NCBI GenBank assembly: GCA_964461315.1
Contig: CAYWUN010000005.1
Span: 1,651-65,650 of the forward strand
Direction of reading: 5' to 3'
DNA: 64,000 nucleotides
From: an uncultured Aestuarium sp.
GTDB lineage: Bacteria; Pseudomonadota; Alphaproteobacteria; Rhodobacterales; Rhodobacteraceae
The translations under genes were made by a program, and so were the position numbers. The notes beneath the pieces are model-generated. The model was not told where the DNA came from, made no database searches, and saw nothing but the letters and a program-made list of their open reading frames with translations. Positions 41,425 through 50,198 of the stretch are shown here, piece after piece. Each line of letters starts with the position of its first letter. The stretch's first letter is position 1.

Positions 41425-42213
41425 CTATGCGCCAAGGCTTGCAAAAAGTCGTGAAAGGCGTCCCGCTTCTACATCAAATCCAAAGGGCGGATTCACGACA
41501 AAAAGTCCCGATCCAATCATTCGATGTCCCTCGCGGGCAGGGGGAAAGCCGACTTCATGCACAAACCCTTCGGGAAGCGCACGGCGAAGGCTCATGATCA
41601 TTGGCTTGTGGAGCCCACTCGTTAGGATCGGATACCAAAGCAGAACGACGCCGACGGACCATTTGCGCACCAACTTGGGCAGGAAATCGGCGAAAGTCTG
41701 ATATTCTTCTTTGCGCTCGAAAGATGGATCAATGAGCAGCATCCCGCGGCGTGGATCAGGTGGGCAAATTGAATTAACGAGCTCAAGACCATCGCGCTTA
41801 TCGACAATCGCGCGATAGGGCTTCATCACCTCCAAAAGGGCATTATGCTCCTGTGGGTGCAATTCTGCCAATCTAATAGGGTCAGTCTCTCGCAAGAGCT
41901 CGCCTGCAATCACGGGAGATCCCCCGTAAGAACGTGGCCCGTTTTTACGCCGCACAGATGCCAGAGCACGAGCGTAGGGATGAGATGTGTCAAACCAGCC
42001 CATCCTCTCTACAACTTCTATCCCAGAAGCGGCTTCGCCGGTCTTGATCGCTGCTTCAGAGCCGAGATCATATAGGCCGCGCCCCGCATGGGTTTCCATA
42101 TAGGTCAACGGCTTATCTTTTCGGATCATATAGTCAATCACCCAGGCTTGCAGCGCGTGCTTATGCACGTCCGCCATATTTCCGGCGTGATAAATATGCT
42201 GATATGAAAGCAT
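41425..42213 (-). CDS. rlmJ: 23S rRNA m6A2030 methyltransferase
   Basis: MLSYQHIYHAGN.ADVHKH, ETHAGRG.Y, ELHPQE, LIDPSFE. Confidence 0.93.
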   Translation of the reverse strand: MLSYQHIYHAGNMADVHKHALQAWVIDYMIRKDKPLTYMETHAGRGLYDLGSEAAIKTGEAASGIEVVERMGWFDTSHPYARALASVRRKNGPRSYGGSPVIAGELLRETDPIRLAELHPQEHNALLEVMKPYRAIVDKRDGLELVNSICPPDPRRGMLLIDPSFERKEEYQTFADFLPKLVRKWSVGVVLLWYPILTSGLHKPMIMSLRRALPEGFVHEVGFPPAREGHRMIGSGLFVVNPPFGFDVEAGRLSRLFASLGA

Positions 42214-42293
42214 GCTTTGCCTTTGTGCCTCGAAATATCCCGGGGTGAATGCGCCTATGGCGCAGAGGGGCAGAGCCCCTCGTTGCACAAATG

Positions 42294-42315
42294 AAAACGG
42301 CGCTAGAAAGCGCCG
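42294..42315 (-). terminator. pyrG terminator
   Basis: CGGCGCT-TTCT-AGCGCCG then TTTT on the minus strand. Confidence 0.65.
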
Positions 42316-42324
42316 CTTGTTTCC

Positions 42325-43968
42325 TTAAACGAGACGGGAAGTCTCAACTGCTGCGCGCACAAAGTCCGCGAAGAGCGGGTGGGGCGAGAAGGGCTTTGAT
42401 TTAAGCTCGGGGTGGAACTGAACACCGATAAACCATGGGTGATCTTTCCACTCGACGATCTCAGGAAGACGTCCGTCCGGTGACATGCCCGAGAAGCAAA
42501 GACCCGCAGCCTCAAGCTTTTCACGATACTTTACATCAACTTCATAGCGATGGCGGTGGCGCTCTTCGATCTTGGTGGTTCCGTAAACCTCGGCAACGCG
42601 TGAACCTTCGGACAGAGTCGCGTTATAGGCTCCAAGGCGCATCGTGCCACCCTTGGCGTCGTCTGCTTTGCGGGTCACAGTATGGTTGCCCTGCACCCAT
42701 TCCTTGAGGTGATAGACAACTGGCTCGAAACGCTTTTGTCCTGCTTCGTGGTCGAACTCTTCCGAGCCGGCTTTGTCGATGCCAGCTGCGTTGCGTGCAG
42801 CTTCGATCACGGCCATTTGCATGCCAAGGCAGATGCCGAGGTAGGGGATCTTGCGTTCACGAGCAAACTGAGCCGCCTTGATCTTGCCCTCTGTTCCGCG
42901 CTCGCCAAAACCGCCCGGAACGAGGATCGCGTGATACCCCGAAAGGCGCTCGCCTACATCTTCACGGTCGAACTCTTCAGCGTCGACCCAATTCACATTG
43001 ACTTTAACGCGGTTCGACATGCCGCCGTGGACCAGTGCTTCCTTTATCGACTTATAGGCGTCTTCAAGCTGGGTGTATTTGCCGACAATGGCAACGTTCA
43101 CTTCGCCGTCAGTATTGTGGATGCGATCCTGAACATCGAGCCAACGCTCGAGATTTGGCTTTGGCGCTGGCGCAATCCCAAAACAGTCTAGAACCGCTTG
43201 GTCAAGGCCTTGCTCATGATATGCTAGCGGAGCTTCATAGATCGACTTGAGGTCATATGCAGGCACAACATGTTCTTTGCGCACGTTACAAAAGAGGGCG
43301 ATCTTTTCGCGCTCACGTTCGGGGATCGCTTGCTCGGAGCGGCAAACGAGAACGTCGGGCGCAAGTCCAATGGACTGAAGCTCTTTTACCGAGTGTTGGG
43401 TCGGCTTGGTCTTTAGCTCGCCAGACGCGGCAAGATAAGGGAGAAGGGTCAAGTGCATCAGAATGCATTGGCCACGCTCTTTTTGGTGAATGAACTGGCG
43501 GATGGCTTCAAAGAAGGGGAGACCTTCGATATCGCCTACGGTGCCGCCAATTTCGCAAAGCATGAAATCAACTTCATCTTCGCCAGTTGCGATGAAATCT
43601 TTAATTTCGTTGGTAACGTGCGGGATCACCTGAATGGTCTTGCCGAGGTAATCGCCGCGGCGTTCCTTCTCGAGAACGTTCGAATAAATACGGCCAGACG
43701 AAATCGAGTCGCTTGTGCGCGCCGCAACGCCAGTGAAACGCTCGTAGTGACCAAGGTCGAGGTCGGTTTCCGCACCATCGTCAGTCACGAACACTTCGCC
43801 ATGTTCAAACGGCGACATCGTACCGGGATCTACGTTAAGATAGGGGTCAAGCTTGCGAAGGCGAACCGAATAGCCGCGCGCTTGAAGCAGAGCGCCAAGA
43901 GCCGCCGAAGCAAGACCTTTGCCGAGGGACGAAACCACACCACCAGTAATGAAAATAAAACGTGCCAT
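42325..43968 (-). CDS. pyrG: CTP synthase
   Basis: [38 protein letters not shown]. Start refined to 43968. Confidence 0.97.
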   Translation of the reverse strand: MARFIFITGGVVSSLGKGLASAALGALLQARGYSVRLRKLDPYLNVDPGTMSPFEHGEVFVTDDGAETDLDLGHYERFTGVAARTSDSISSGRIYSNVLEKERRGDYLGKTIQVIPHVTNEIKDFIATGEDEVDFMLCEIGGTVGDIEGLPFFEAIRQFIHQKERGQCILMHLTLLPYLAASGELKTKPTQHSVKELQSIGLAPDVLVCRSEQAIPEREREKIALFCNVRKEHVVPAYDLKSIYEAPLAYHEQGLDQAVLDCFGIAPAPKPNLERWLDVQDRIHNTDGEVNVAIVGKYTQLEDAYKSIKEALVHGGMSNRVKVNVNWVDAEEFDREDVGERLSGYHAILVPGGFGERGTEGKIKAAQFARERKIPYLGICLGMQMAVIEAARNAAGIDKAGSEEFDHEAGQKRFEPVVYHLKEWVQGNHTVTRKADDAKGGTMRLGAYNATLSEGSRVAEVYGTTKIEERHRHRYEVDVKYREKLEAAGLCFSGMSPDGRLPEIVEWKDHPWFIGVQFHPELKSKPFSPHPLFADFVRAAVETSRLV

Positions 43969-44087
43969 CGGTTGGCGACCCCCGTGATTTTCGATTCGAA
44001 TAAATGCTTGCTGAACGGCGAAACGATTCTCGCAAAGCCGCATACTCACGGGATTTAAATATAACCGGATTCGCCCCGTTTACGCAA
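43969..44087 (-). promoter_or_regulatory. pyrG promoter and structured leader (candidate CTP-sensing start-site switch)
   Basis: TTGCGT-18-TATATT, then TAAAT-CCCG; the 5' CCCGTGA is complementary to TCACGGG overlapping the GGGGGT SD. Confidence 0.6.
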
Positions 44088-44140
44088 CCGGTTACTCAAT
44101 ATGCTGTTGGCTATTAGCCTAGAGAGACTAACCTTTGTGG

Positions 44141-44509
44141 TTAGTTTCCGCTGGGAAGAAGCGGTGCATCGCCTTCTGCGCTGGGCGGGAGAAGGTCCGA
44201 ACCAAGTGCAGTGCCGGTGTCTGCGGCAGGCGCTTCCACTGGAGCGGTATCTACGAGACGATCAACAACGGATGCGCCAGCCGATTTCTCAGCGGCGATA
44301 ATCGTCAAACCGATCGACGTGCAAATAAAGGCAATCGCGAGACCCCAAGTGATCTTGCTCAACGCAGTCGCAGCGCCGCGCGCGGATACGAGACCGCCAC
44401 CACTGCCACCGCCGATGCCAAGACCGCCCCCTTCAGAGCGTTGCATCAACACAATACCAATCAGGCATAGTGCGAGAATGAGGTGGATGACGAGAACGAC
44501 GTTTTCCAT
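44141..44509 (-). CDS. secG: Preprotein translocase subunit SecG
   Basis: VLMQRSEGGGLG, RG....L.K.T; upstream of pyrG as usual in alphaproteobacteria. Confidence 0.93.
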   Translation of the reverse strand: MENVVLVIHLILALCLIGIVLMQRSEGGGLGIGGGSGGGLVSARGAATALSKITWGLAIAFICTSIGLTIIAAEKSAGASVVDRLVDTAPVEAPAADTGTALGSDLLPPSAEGDAPLLPSGN

Positions 44510-44541
44510 CGGGCTGCCTTTTGCCTTTCGTGAACGCTGGG

Positions 44542-44570
44542 TATCTAGAGGCATGTGGCAAAGGCCGCAA
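44542..44570 (-). promoter_or_regulatory. Sigma70-type promoter of secG
   Basis: TTGCGG-17-TAGATA on the minus strand. Confidence 0.5.
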
Positions 44571-44906
44571 CCCCTCAGTTGCGGACATAACGCGATTTAT
44601 GTCGGCTTGCGCCTCTCAGGTCGCGACTGGCACTTTTTGCTTGAACCGAAAATACTGGATTTGTGCGAGGTTGCTATTTCGCGCTCAAGGTATCGAGAAT
44701 TAAGAATCTGGAATGCTTCACGCGACTTTCGGCCGTCTGACGCAGGGTAGGCGCGACCTCTCGTCGCTGATTTCAACTCCTGTGCGCTGATTTTATAAAG
44801 AATTGATCGCTCTGTTACGGTTTGATGACGAATAGCGGTTTCCTGCCTCTTAAGGTGTCGCTATACGGGCGCGGGTTTGACGCCAGAAATACGAGGAGAC
44901 TCAGGT

Positions 44907-46202
44907 ATGGCTAACGTCGTCGTCGTCGGCGCCCAGTGGGGTGACGAAGGTAAAGGTAAGATTGTGGACTGGCTGTCCGAGCGCGCTGATGTTGTCGCTC
45001 GTTTTCAAGGCGGTCACAACGCGGGTCACACGCTCGTCGTAGATGGCAAGGTCTACAAGCTCCATGCACTTCCTTCAGGTGTGGTGCGCGGCGGCAAGCT
45101 GTCGGTCATCGGCAACGGTGTTGTTCTTGATCCTTGGCACCTCGTCAAAGAGATCGAGACCATCCGTGCGCAGGGCGTCGAAATTTCGCCCGAAACGCTC
45201 ATGATCGCTGAAAATACACCGCTGATCCTCCCGTTCCACGGTGAGCTGGATCGCGCTCGTGAAGAGATCGCTAGCGCAGGCACCAAGATCGGCACGACTG
45301 GCCGCGGCATTGGACCTGCATACGAGGACAAAGTGGGCCGTCGTTCGGTTCGCGTGGCTGACCTCGCAGATGCTGCGACTCTCGAAGCTCGTGTTGACCG
45401 TGCGCTTCAGCACCACAACCCGCTCCGCAAGGGGCTTGGCATCGAAGAGATCGACCGTGATGGGTTGATTGCGCAGCTTCGCGAAGTTGCAGCGCAAATC
45501 CTTCCCTATGCGGCACCTGTTTGGAAGGTGCTCAACGAGAAGCGCAAAGCGGGCAAACGTATTCTTTTCGAAGGCGCACAGGGTGCCCTTCTTGACATTG
45601 ACTTTGGCACATATCCCTTTGTGACCTCGTCCAATGTCATCGCAGGTCAGGCTGCGACTGGTGTAGGTATGGGGCCGGGTGCGATCGATTACGTTCTCGG
45701 CATCGTAAAGGCCTATACCACCCGTGTGGGCGAGGGCCCTTTCCCGACCGAGCTATTGGACGCTGATGGCGAACGTCTTGGCACCCGTGGTCACGAGTTT
45801 GGAACAACAACGGGTCGCAAGCGTCGTTGTGGTTGGTTCGACGCCGCTCTGGTGCGCCAGACCTGCGCAACCTCGGGCGTCAACGGTATTTCGCTGACCA
45901 AGCTGGACGTGCTCGACGGCTTTGAGACGCTCAAGATTTGTGTGGCTTATGAGCTGGACGGAGAGTGTATTGATTATCTTCCAACAGCTGCGGATCAACA
46001 GGCGCGCTGCACCCCGATTTATGAAGAGATCGAAGGCTGGTCCGAGTCGACCGAAGGTGCGCGTTCGTGGGCAGACCTTCCGGCAGCAGCGATCAAATAT
46101 GTTCGCCGTATCGAAGAGCTGATCGAATGCCCAGTTGCGCTTTTGTCGACCTCGCCTGAGCGCGACGACACGATCCTCGTGACCGACCCGTTCGCGGACT
46201 GA
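44907..46202 (+). CDS. purA: Adenylosuccinate synthetase
   Basis: [43 protein letters not shown]. Start refined to 44907. Confidence 0.97.
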   Translation: MANVVVVGAQWGDEGKGKIVDWLSERADVVARFQGGHNAGHTLVVDGKVYKLHALPSGVVRGGKLSVIGNGVVLDPWHLVKEIETIRAQGVEISPETLMIAENTPLILPFHGELDRAREEIASAGTKIGTTGRGIGPAYEDKVGRRSVRVADLADAATLEARVDRALQHHNPLRKGLGIEEIDRDGLIAQLREVAAQILPYAAPVWKVLNEKRKAGKRILFEGAQGALLDIDFGTYPFVTSSNVIAGQAATGVGMGPGAIDYVLGIVKAYTTRVGEGPFPTELLDADGERLGTRGHEFGTTTGRKRRCGWFDAALVRQTCATSGVNGISLTKLDVLDGFETLKICVAYELDGECIDYLPTAADQQARCTPIYEEIEGWSESTEGARSWADLPAAAIKYVRRIEELIECPVALLSTSPERDDTILVTDPFAD

Positions 46203-46438
46203 TGGCGCTTTCGTACAAAGCCCGAAAGCGTCTTGCGCTTTTGATCCTTGTGGTGGGTATGCCTGCCTATGTGGTTGTGGCGGTTTCCATCATCAACCTG
46301 TTTGATCGGACACCGTCGATCCTCGTGGAGCTGGGGATTTACGTGATCCTCGGTATTCTCTGGGCGATGCCGTTCAAATGGGTGTTCAAAGGGATCGGTC
46401 GCGCCGACCCCAACGCGCCTCAAGAGATTGACAAGTAA
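46202..46438 (+). CDS. DUF2842-like small membrane protein
   Basis: YKARKR + 2 TM + LGILWAMP. Confidence 0.75.
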   Translation: MALSYKARKRLALLILVVGMPAYVVVAVSIINLFDRTPSILVELGIYVILGILWAMPFKWVFKGIGRADPNAPQEIDK

Positions 46439-46473
46439 AAGAAAAAGGCCGGAGTGATCCGGCCTTTTTCTTT
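46438..46473. terminator. Bidirectional rho-independent terminator
   Basis: AAAGAAAAAGGCCGGA-GTGA-TCCGGCCTTTTTCTTT between convergent genes. Confidence 0.9.
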
Positions 46474-47536
46474 AACGGTGAACGCGGTCTCTAGCGATGG
46501 CGAGTGACTTGAGTACTGCAAAGCACTTTGATCCTTCTTTGAGGCCAAGTGCCGCCACAGAGCGCCGTGTGATCCGCGCAAGTAGGATCTCTCCCCCTGC
46601 ATCTAGTCGCACCATCGCACCGGGGCCATCGCCAGGGGTAATCGACAAAACCGTACCTTCGATTACGTTAAGAGCAGAGATGTCCGAAGGACGCTGGCTT
46701 GCGAGCATGACGTCGTGTGCAAGCAGTCGGAGCTTGACTTCTGTCCCGATCTCTTCACGAATTTGTGGGACAAAGAGTGCGCCAGCAGGATGTTCTAATT
46801 GCGTTAGGCCGTCTGTTTCATGCGCTTTGACGCGTGCCGTTAAGACTGCGCCTGTTTCCCGAAGGCCCAGAACACGCATTGCTCGTGGATCGAGGGCGAC
46901 TTCAGCAAGGCTTCCTTGGCAAACAAAGCGGCCCTTGTCGATAACGGCCATTCGGTCGGCCAACCTTTGCGCTTCATCCATATCGTGCGTGACCAAGATC
47001 ACAGGCATCGAAAGCTCGCTGCGAAGTGCCTCGACTTCTTTGTAAAGGATTTCACGCGTCGGCTTATCGACAGCCGAGAATGGTTCATCCAAAAGCAGGA
47101 CGTCGGGCTTTCTTGCCAAAGCGCGGGCAATCGCGACGCGCTGCTGCTGACCGCCTGAAAGCTCGGCTGGATGGCGGCTTGCAACATCACTCAAGCCGAC
47201 TAGTCTGAGGAGGCGGCGCGCTTCATTTGTGCGTGCCTCTCCGGTCTCCTCAAGCGCGATAGAGATGTTCCCAAGCGCAGTCAGATGCGGGAAGAGAGCG
47301 TAATTCTGAAACACCATCCCAACACGGCGCTGATGCGTTGGTAAGCCGTTCCAGCTCGCACCATTTGCAGTGACCTCGGATTGAGTGGGGTGAAAGAGGC
47401 CAGCAATGCTTCGCAGGACCGTTGATTTGCCCGATCCAGAGGGACCGACGAGCGCAAGTATTTCACCAGCTTTGACCTCGAAGCTAAGATCAAGCGAGAT
47501 TGGAAGATCAGCTTTGAGTCGTACGGACAGCATCAC
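46472..47536 (-). CDS. modC: Molybdate ABC ATP-binding protein
   Basis: GPSGSGKST, LSGGQQQR, C-terminal TOBE/Mop (SALN, ARIT..S...LGL). Confidence 0.88.
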   Translation of the reverse strand: MMLSVRLKADLPISLDLSFEVKAGEILALVGPSGSGKSTVLRSIAGLFHPTQSEVTANGASWNGLPTHQRRVGMVFQNYALFPHLTALGNISIALEETGEARTNEARRLLRLVGLSDVASRHPAELSGGQQQRVAIARALARKPDVLLLDEPFSAVDKPTREILYKEVEALRSELSMPVILVTHDMDEAQRLADRMAVIDKGRFVCQGSLAEVALDPRAMRVLGLRETGAVLTARVKAHETDGLTQLEHPAGALFVPQIREEIGTEVKLRLLAHDVMLASQRPSDISALNVIEGTVLSITPGDGPGAMVRLDAGGEILLARITRRSVAALGLKEGSKCFAVLKSLAIARDRVHR

Positions 47537-48204
47537 GACAACCTCCGTCCGATCTTGCGAGACATCAGAAATGTCAGAGTAATTGTAGTAATTGAAACGG
47601 CTAGAAGTACCGCAGACATTTGCGCGGCGGAGCTGGAGTCAAAGCTCTGGACTTTGTCATAGATTGAAATGGCGATTGTTTTGGTTTCGCCGGGAATTGC
47701 GCCACCAACCATAAGAACTACACCAAATTCACCCAGCGTATGAGCGAATGTAAGAACAGCGCCTGTTAAAACTGCGGGCCACGCAAGAGGTAGCTCGATC
47801 TTCCACAGAGACACTAACGGCGACATCCCGGAACAGGCGGCGGCCTCTCGGAGTTCTTGAGGGACAGCTTCAAAACCACGCTGAATGGGCTGTACCGCGA
47901 AGGGGATGTTGACGATAACGGAGGCGAGCAGAAGTCCCTCGAACGAAAAGGCGAGCGTGTGCCCAAAAACCGACTGCCAGATTTGCCCGAGCGGTGAAGA
48001 GCGACCAAACAAACTCAATAGGTAAAAGCCCAGAACCGTTGGCGGAAGTACAAGCGGCAGAGCGATCATTGCTTCAAGAATGGGAAGGCTTTTTCTATTG
48101 CTAAGTGCGAGACGGCGACCCGAGAAGATCGCAATCGGTATAAGGATGACTACGGTCAAGCTTGCCAGCAATAGCGAAAGGTTTAGGGCCTGCCAGTCCA
48201 TCAT
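47533..48204 (-). CDS. modB: Molybdate ABC permease
   Basis: LPLVLPPTVLGFYL, FAHTLGEFG..LMVGG.IPG.T. Confidence 0.92.
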   Translation of the reverse strand: MMDWQALNLSLLLASLTVVILIPIAIFSGRRLALSNRKSLPILEAMIALPLVLPPTVLGFYLLSLFGRSSPLGQIWQSVFGHTLAFSFEGLLLASVIVNIPFAVQPIQRGFEAVPQELREAAACSGMSPLVSLWKIELPLAWPAVLTGAVLTFAHTLGEFGVVLMVGGAIPGETKTIAISIYDKVQSFDSSSAAQMSAVLLAVSITTITLTFLMSRKIGRRLS

Positions 48205-48974
48205 TTATCCTCGGGAAGACCAAACCCATACGACGCGAAAATTTCTTTTGCTGCGTCGCCTTGGAGATAATCGAAAATCGATTGGGCTTCGGCGGAAGCG
48301 TCTGGTAACAATGCCATCCGCTGATTGAGCGGGGCGTGCCATTCAGCTGGGATCAAGGCGTAGTCGCTGTGGGTTTTGAACTCAGGCGCTAGAGCAAGGG
48401 CATAGGCGACGATTCCGCCGTCCGTATTACCTGAAACCGCAAATTGGGTTGCTTGGCTGACATTTTCGCCAAAGACCAAATGAGCTTCGATCTTTTCCCA
48501 AAGCCCGACGTTTTCGAGAACCTCTTTAGCGCGCATTCCATAAGGTGCGTGAATGGGGCTTGCGATTGAGAAACGTCCGATTGTTCCGTTTTCAACCGCG
48601 GCTTGGAGCGTTGAGAGGTCTTCGCTTGGTGCGAGTTTTCCATCCTTTGGCGTCAACATAACGAGACGGCCCGAGGCGTAAATCACCCCTTCGTCACGCG
48701 AAAACCCGTCTTTGGCGAGTGACAGTATGAAATCTTCATCAGCGGCGAGAAAAAGGTCAAAGGGCGCGCCTTCACGGATTTGTGCTGCGAAGTTTCCCGA
48801 TGATCCATATACGATCCGAAGGTCTTGACCCGTTTCGTCTTCATAGCTTTGGGCGATGTCTTCTAGCGCGAATTTGAGGACTGATGCGGCCGCAATAAGT
48901 GGCGCCTCTGCCATCGCGGCAAAGGGCATTGTCCAAAGGGCTATGCCTAGGAACGCGGGCGCTAGGGGCTTCAT
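48201..48974 (-). CDS. modA: Molybdate-binding periplasmic protein
   Basis: AAAS, YGSSG...QI..GAPFD.F.AA, APYG, GENVSQ. Confidence 0.92.
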   Translation of the reverse strand: MKPLAPAFLGIALWTMPFAAMAEAPLIAAASVLKFALEDIAQSYEDETGQDLRIVYGSSGNFAAQIREGAPFDLFLAADEDFILSLAKDGFSRDEGVIYASGRLVMLTPKDGKLAPSEDLSTLQAAVENGTIGRFSIASPIHAPYGMRAKEVLENVGLWEKIEAHLVFGENVSQATQFAVSGNTDGGIVAYALALAPEFKTHSDYALIPAEWHAPLNQRMALLPDASAEAQSIFDYLQGDAAKEIFASYGFGLPEDK

Positions 48975-49047
48975 CTTGGCTCCTCAAAGGTTGCCTCGAC
49001 CATATCGCTCCACTGCGCCCGCGCAAGGTATAAAGCTATGTGGCGAC

Positions 49048-50181
49048 CTAGCGATTGGTCGCAACGCGTGCCGAAAGTGGGATCGCCAACATCATCAATG
49101 CAAGGAGGCCGAAAGCGAGCGGCAACGAGATGATGTGCGCCGCAAAGCCAATAATCGCGGGTCCCATAAGGATACCTGCATAGCCTGTGGTCGTTACCGA
49201 TGCGATCGCCATACCTGCTGGCATGATCTTTTGCTTACCTGCCGCGGAGAAAAGAACAGGTACGATATTAGCTGCACCTAGGCCAACAAGAAGGAAACCT
49301 GCAAGCGATGCGATCGGCGAGTGCGTAAGAACAGTCATCGCCAATCCTAAGGCGGTCAGAAGGCCGCCAAGGAGAAGGATACGGAAGCCGCCCAGCGCAG
49401 CCACCACTTTGTCGCCCGTTAAGCGACCAATAACCATGGCGATGGAAAAGAGGATGTAGGCAGTGCCGGCTTCTTCTACAGGCGTAATGTCGCGTTCCAC
49501 GAGTAGCAGCGCGCTCCAATCTAGGATTGCGCCTTCTACGAGGAAGGTGATGCCAGTGAGTACCGCAAGTAGAACGACGATGCCTTTGGGGAAGGCGAAT
49601 GGTACCGGCTCGCCACCTTTGGCTTTGAGAAAGCGAGGAGCCGCGAATGCCATCACCGCAAAGGTGATGGCACCGCCGATGAGAATGGCAACCTGTGCCT
49701 CGATACCGCGCGAAAGCAGATAGGTGATCAGTGTTGCGCCAGCAAAGCCACCGATGCTGAACTGTGCATGAAAGCCAGACATCAGGGGACGGTCTTCGGT
49801 GTTCTCAACTTCGACTGCGTGAATGTTCATTGAGACGTCGATCGTTCCTAAGAACGCGCCGATAAACAGCAGAAGTCCACCGAGGAACCAGACGCTTTGC
49901 GCTGCAATGAGGAAGGGTAGAGTGACCGCGAGACCAAAGCCACCGATTAGGATCATTGGTTTTGCACCACTGCGCGCCGCAAGCCAACCTGTAAGCGGCA
50001 TCGCGATCAATGAGCCAATGCCGATACAGAGAAGTAAAAGACCAAGCGTAGCCTCATCTGCACCGATATTCTCTTTGGCAAATGGGATAAGAGGTGCCCA
50101 GCAAGCCATTGCAAAGCCAGCGGCAAAGAATGCCAGCCGAGTGGCAAGACGCGCTGGGGCGGTTGTAGAATAATCTGTCAT
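49048..50181 (-). CDS. MFS transporter
   Basis: About 12 TM; DVSMN, MSGFH..FS.G, EG...DWS. Confidence 0.88.
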   Translation of the reverse strand: MTDYSTTAPARLATRLAFFAAGFAMACWAPLIPFAKENIGADEATLGLLLLCIGIGSLIAMPLTGWLAARSGAKPMILIGGFGLAVTLPFLIAAQSVWFLGGLLLFIGAFLGTIDVSMNIHAVEVENTEDRPLMSGFHAQFSIGGFAGATLITYLLSRGIEAQVAILIGGAITFAVMAFAAPRFLKAKGGEPVPFAFPKGIVVLLAVLTGITFLVEGAILDWSALLLVERDITPVEEAGTAYILFSIAMVIGRLTGDKVVAALGGFRILLLGGLLTALGLAMTVLTHSPIASLAGFLLVGLGAANIVPVLFSAAGKQKIMPAGMAIASVTTTGYAGILMGPAIIGFAAHIISLPLAFGLLALMMLAIPLSARVATNR

Positions 50182-50198
50182 TTTTGCAGCTTTCGAGT

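Noticed and set aside
44628-44645. Sigma54 promoter (TGGCAC...TTGC)
   Set aside because: GG-to-GC spacing is 8 nt, not the required 10.
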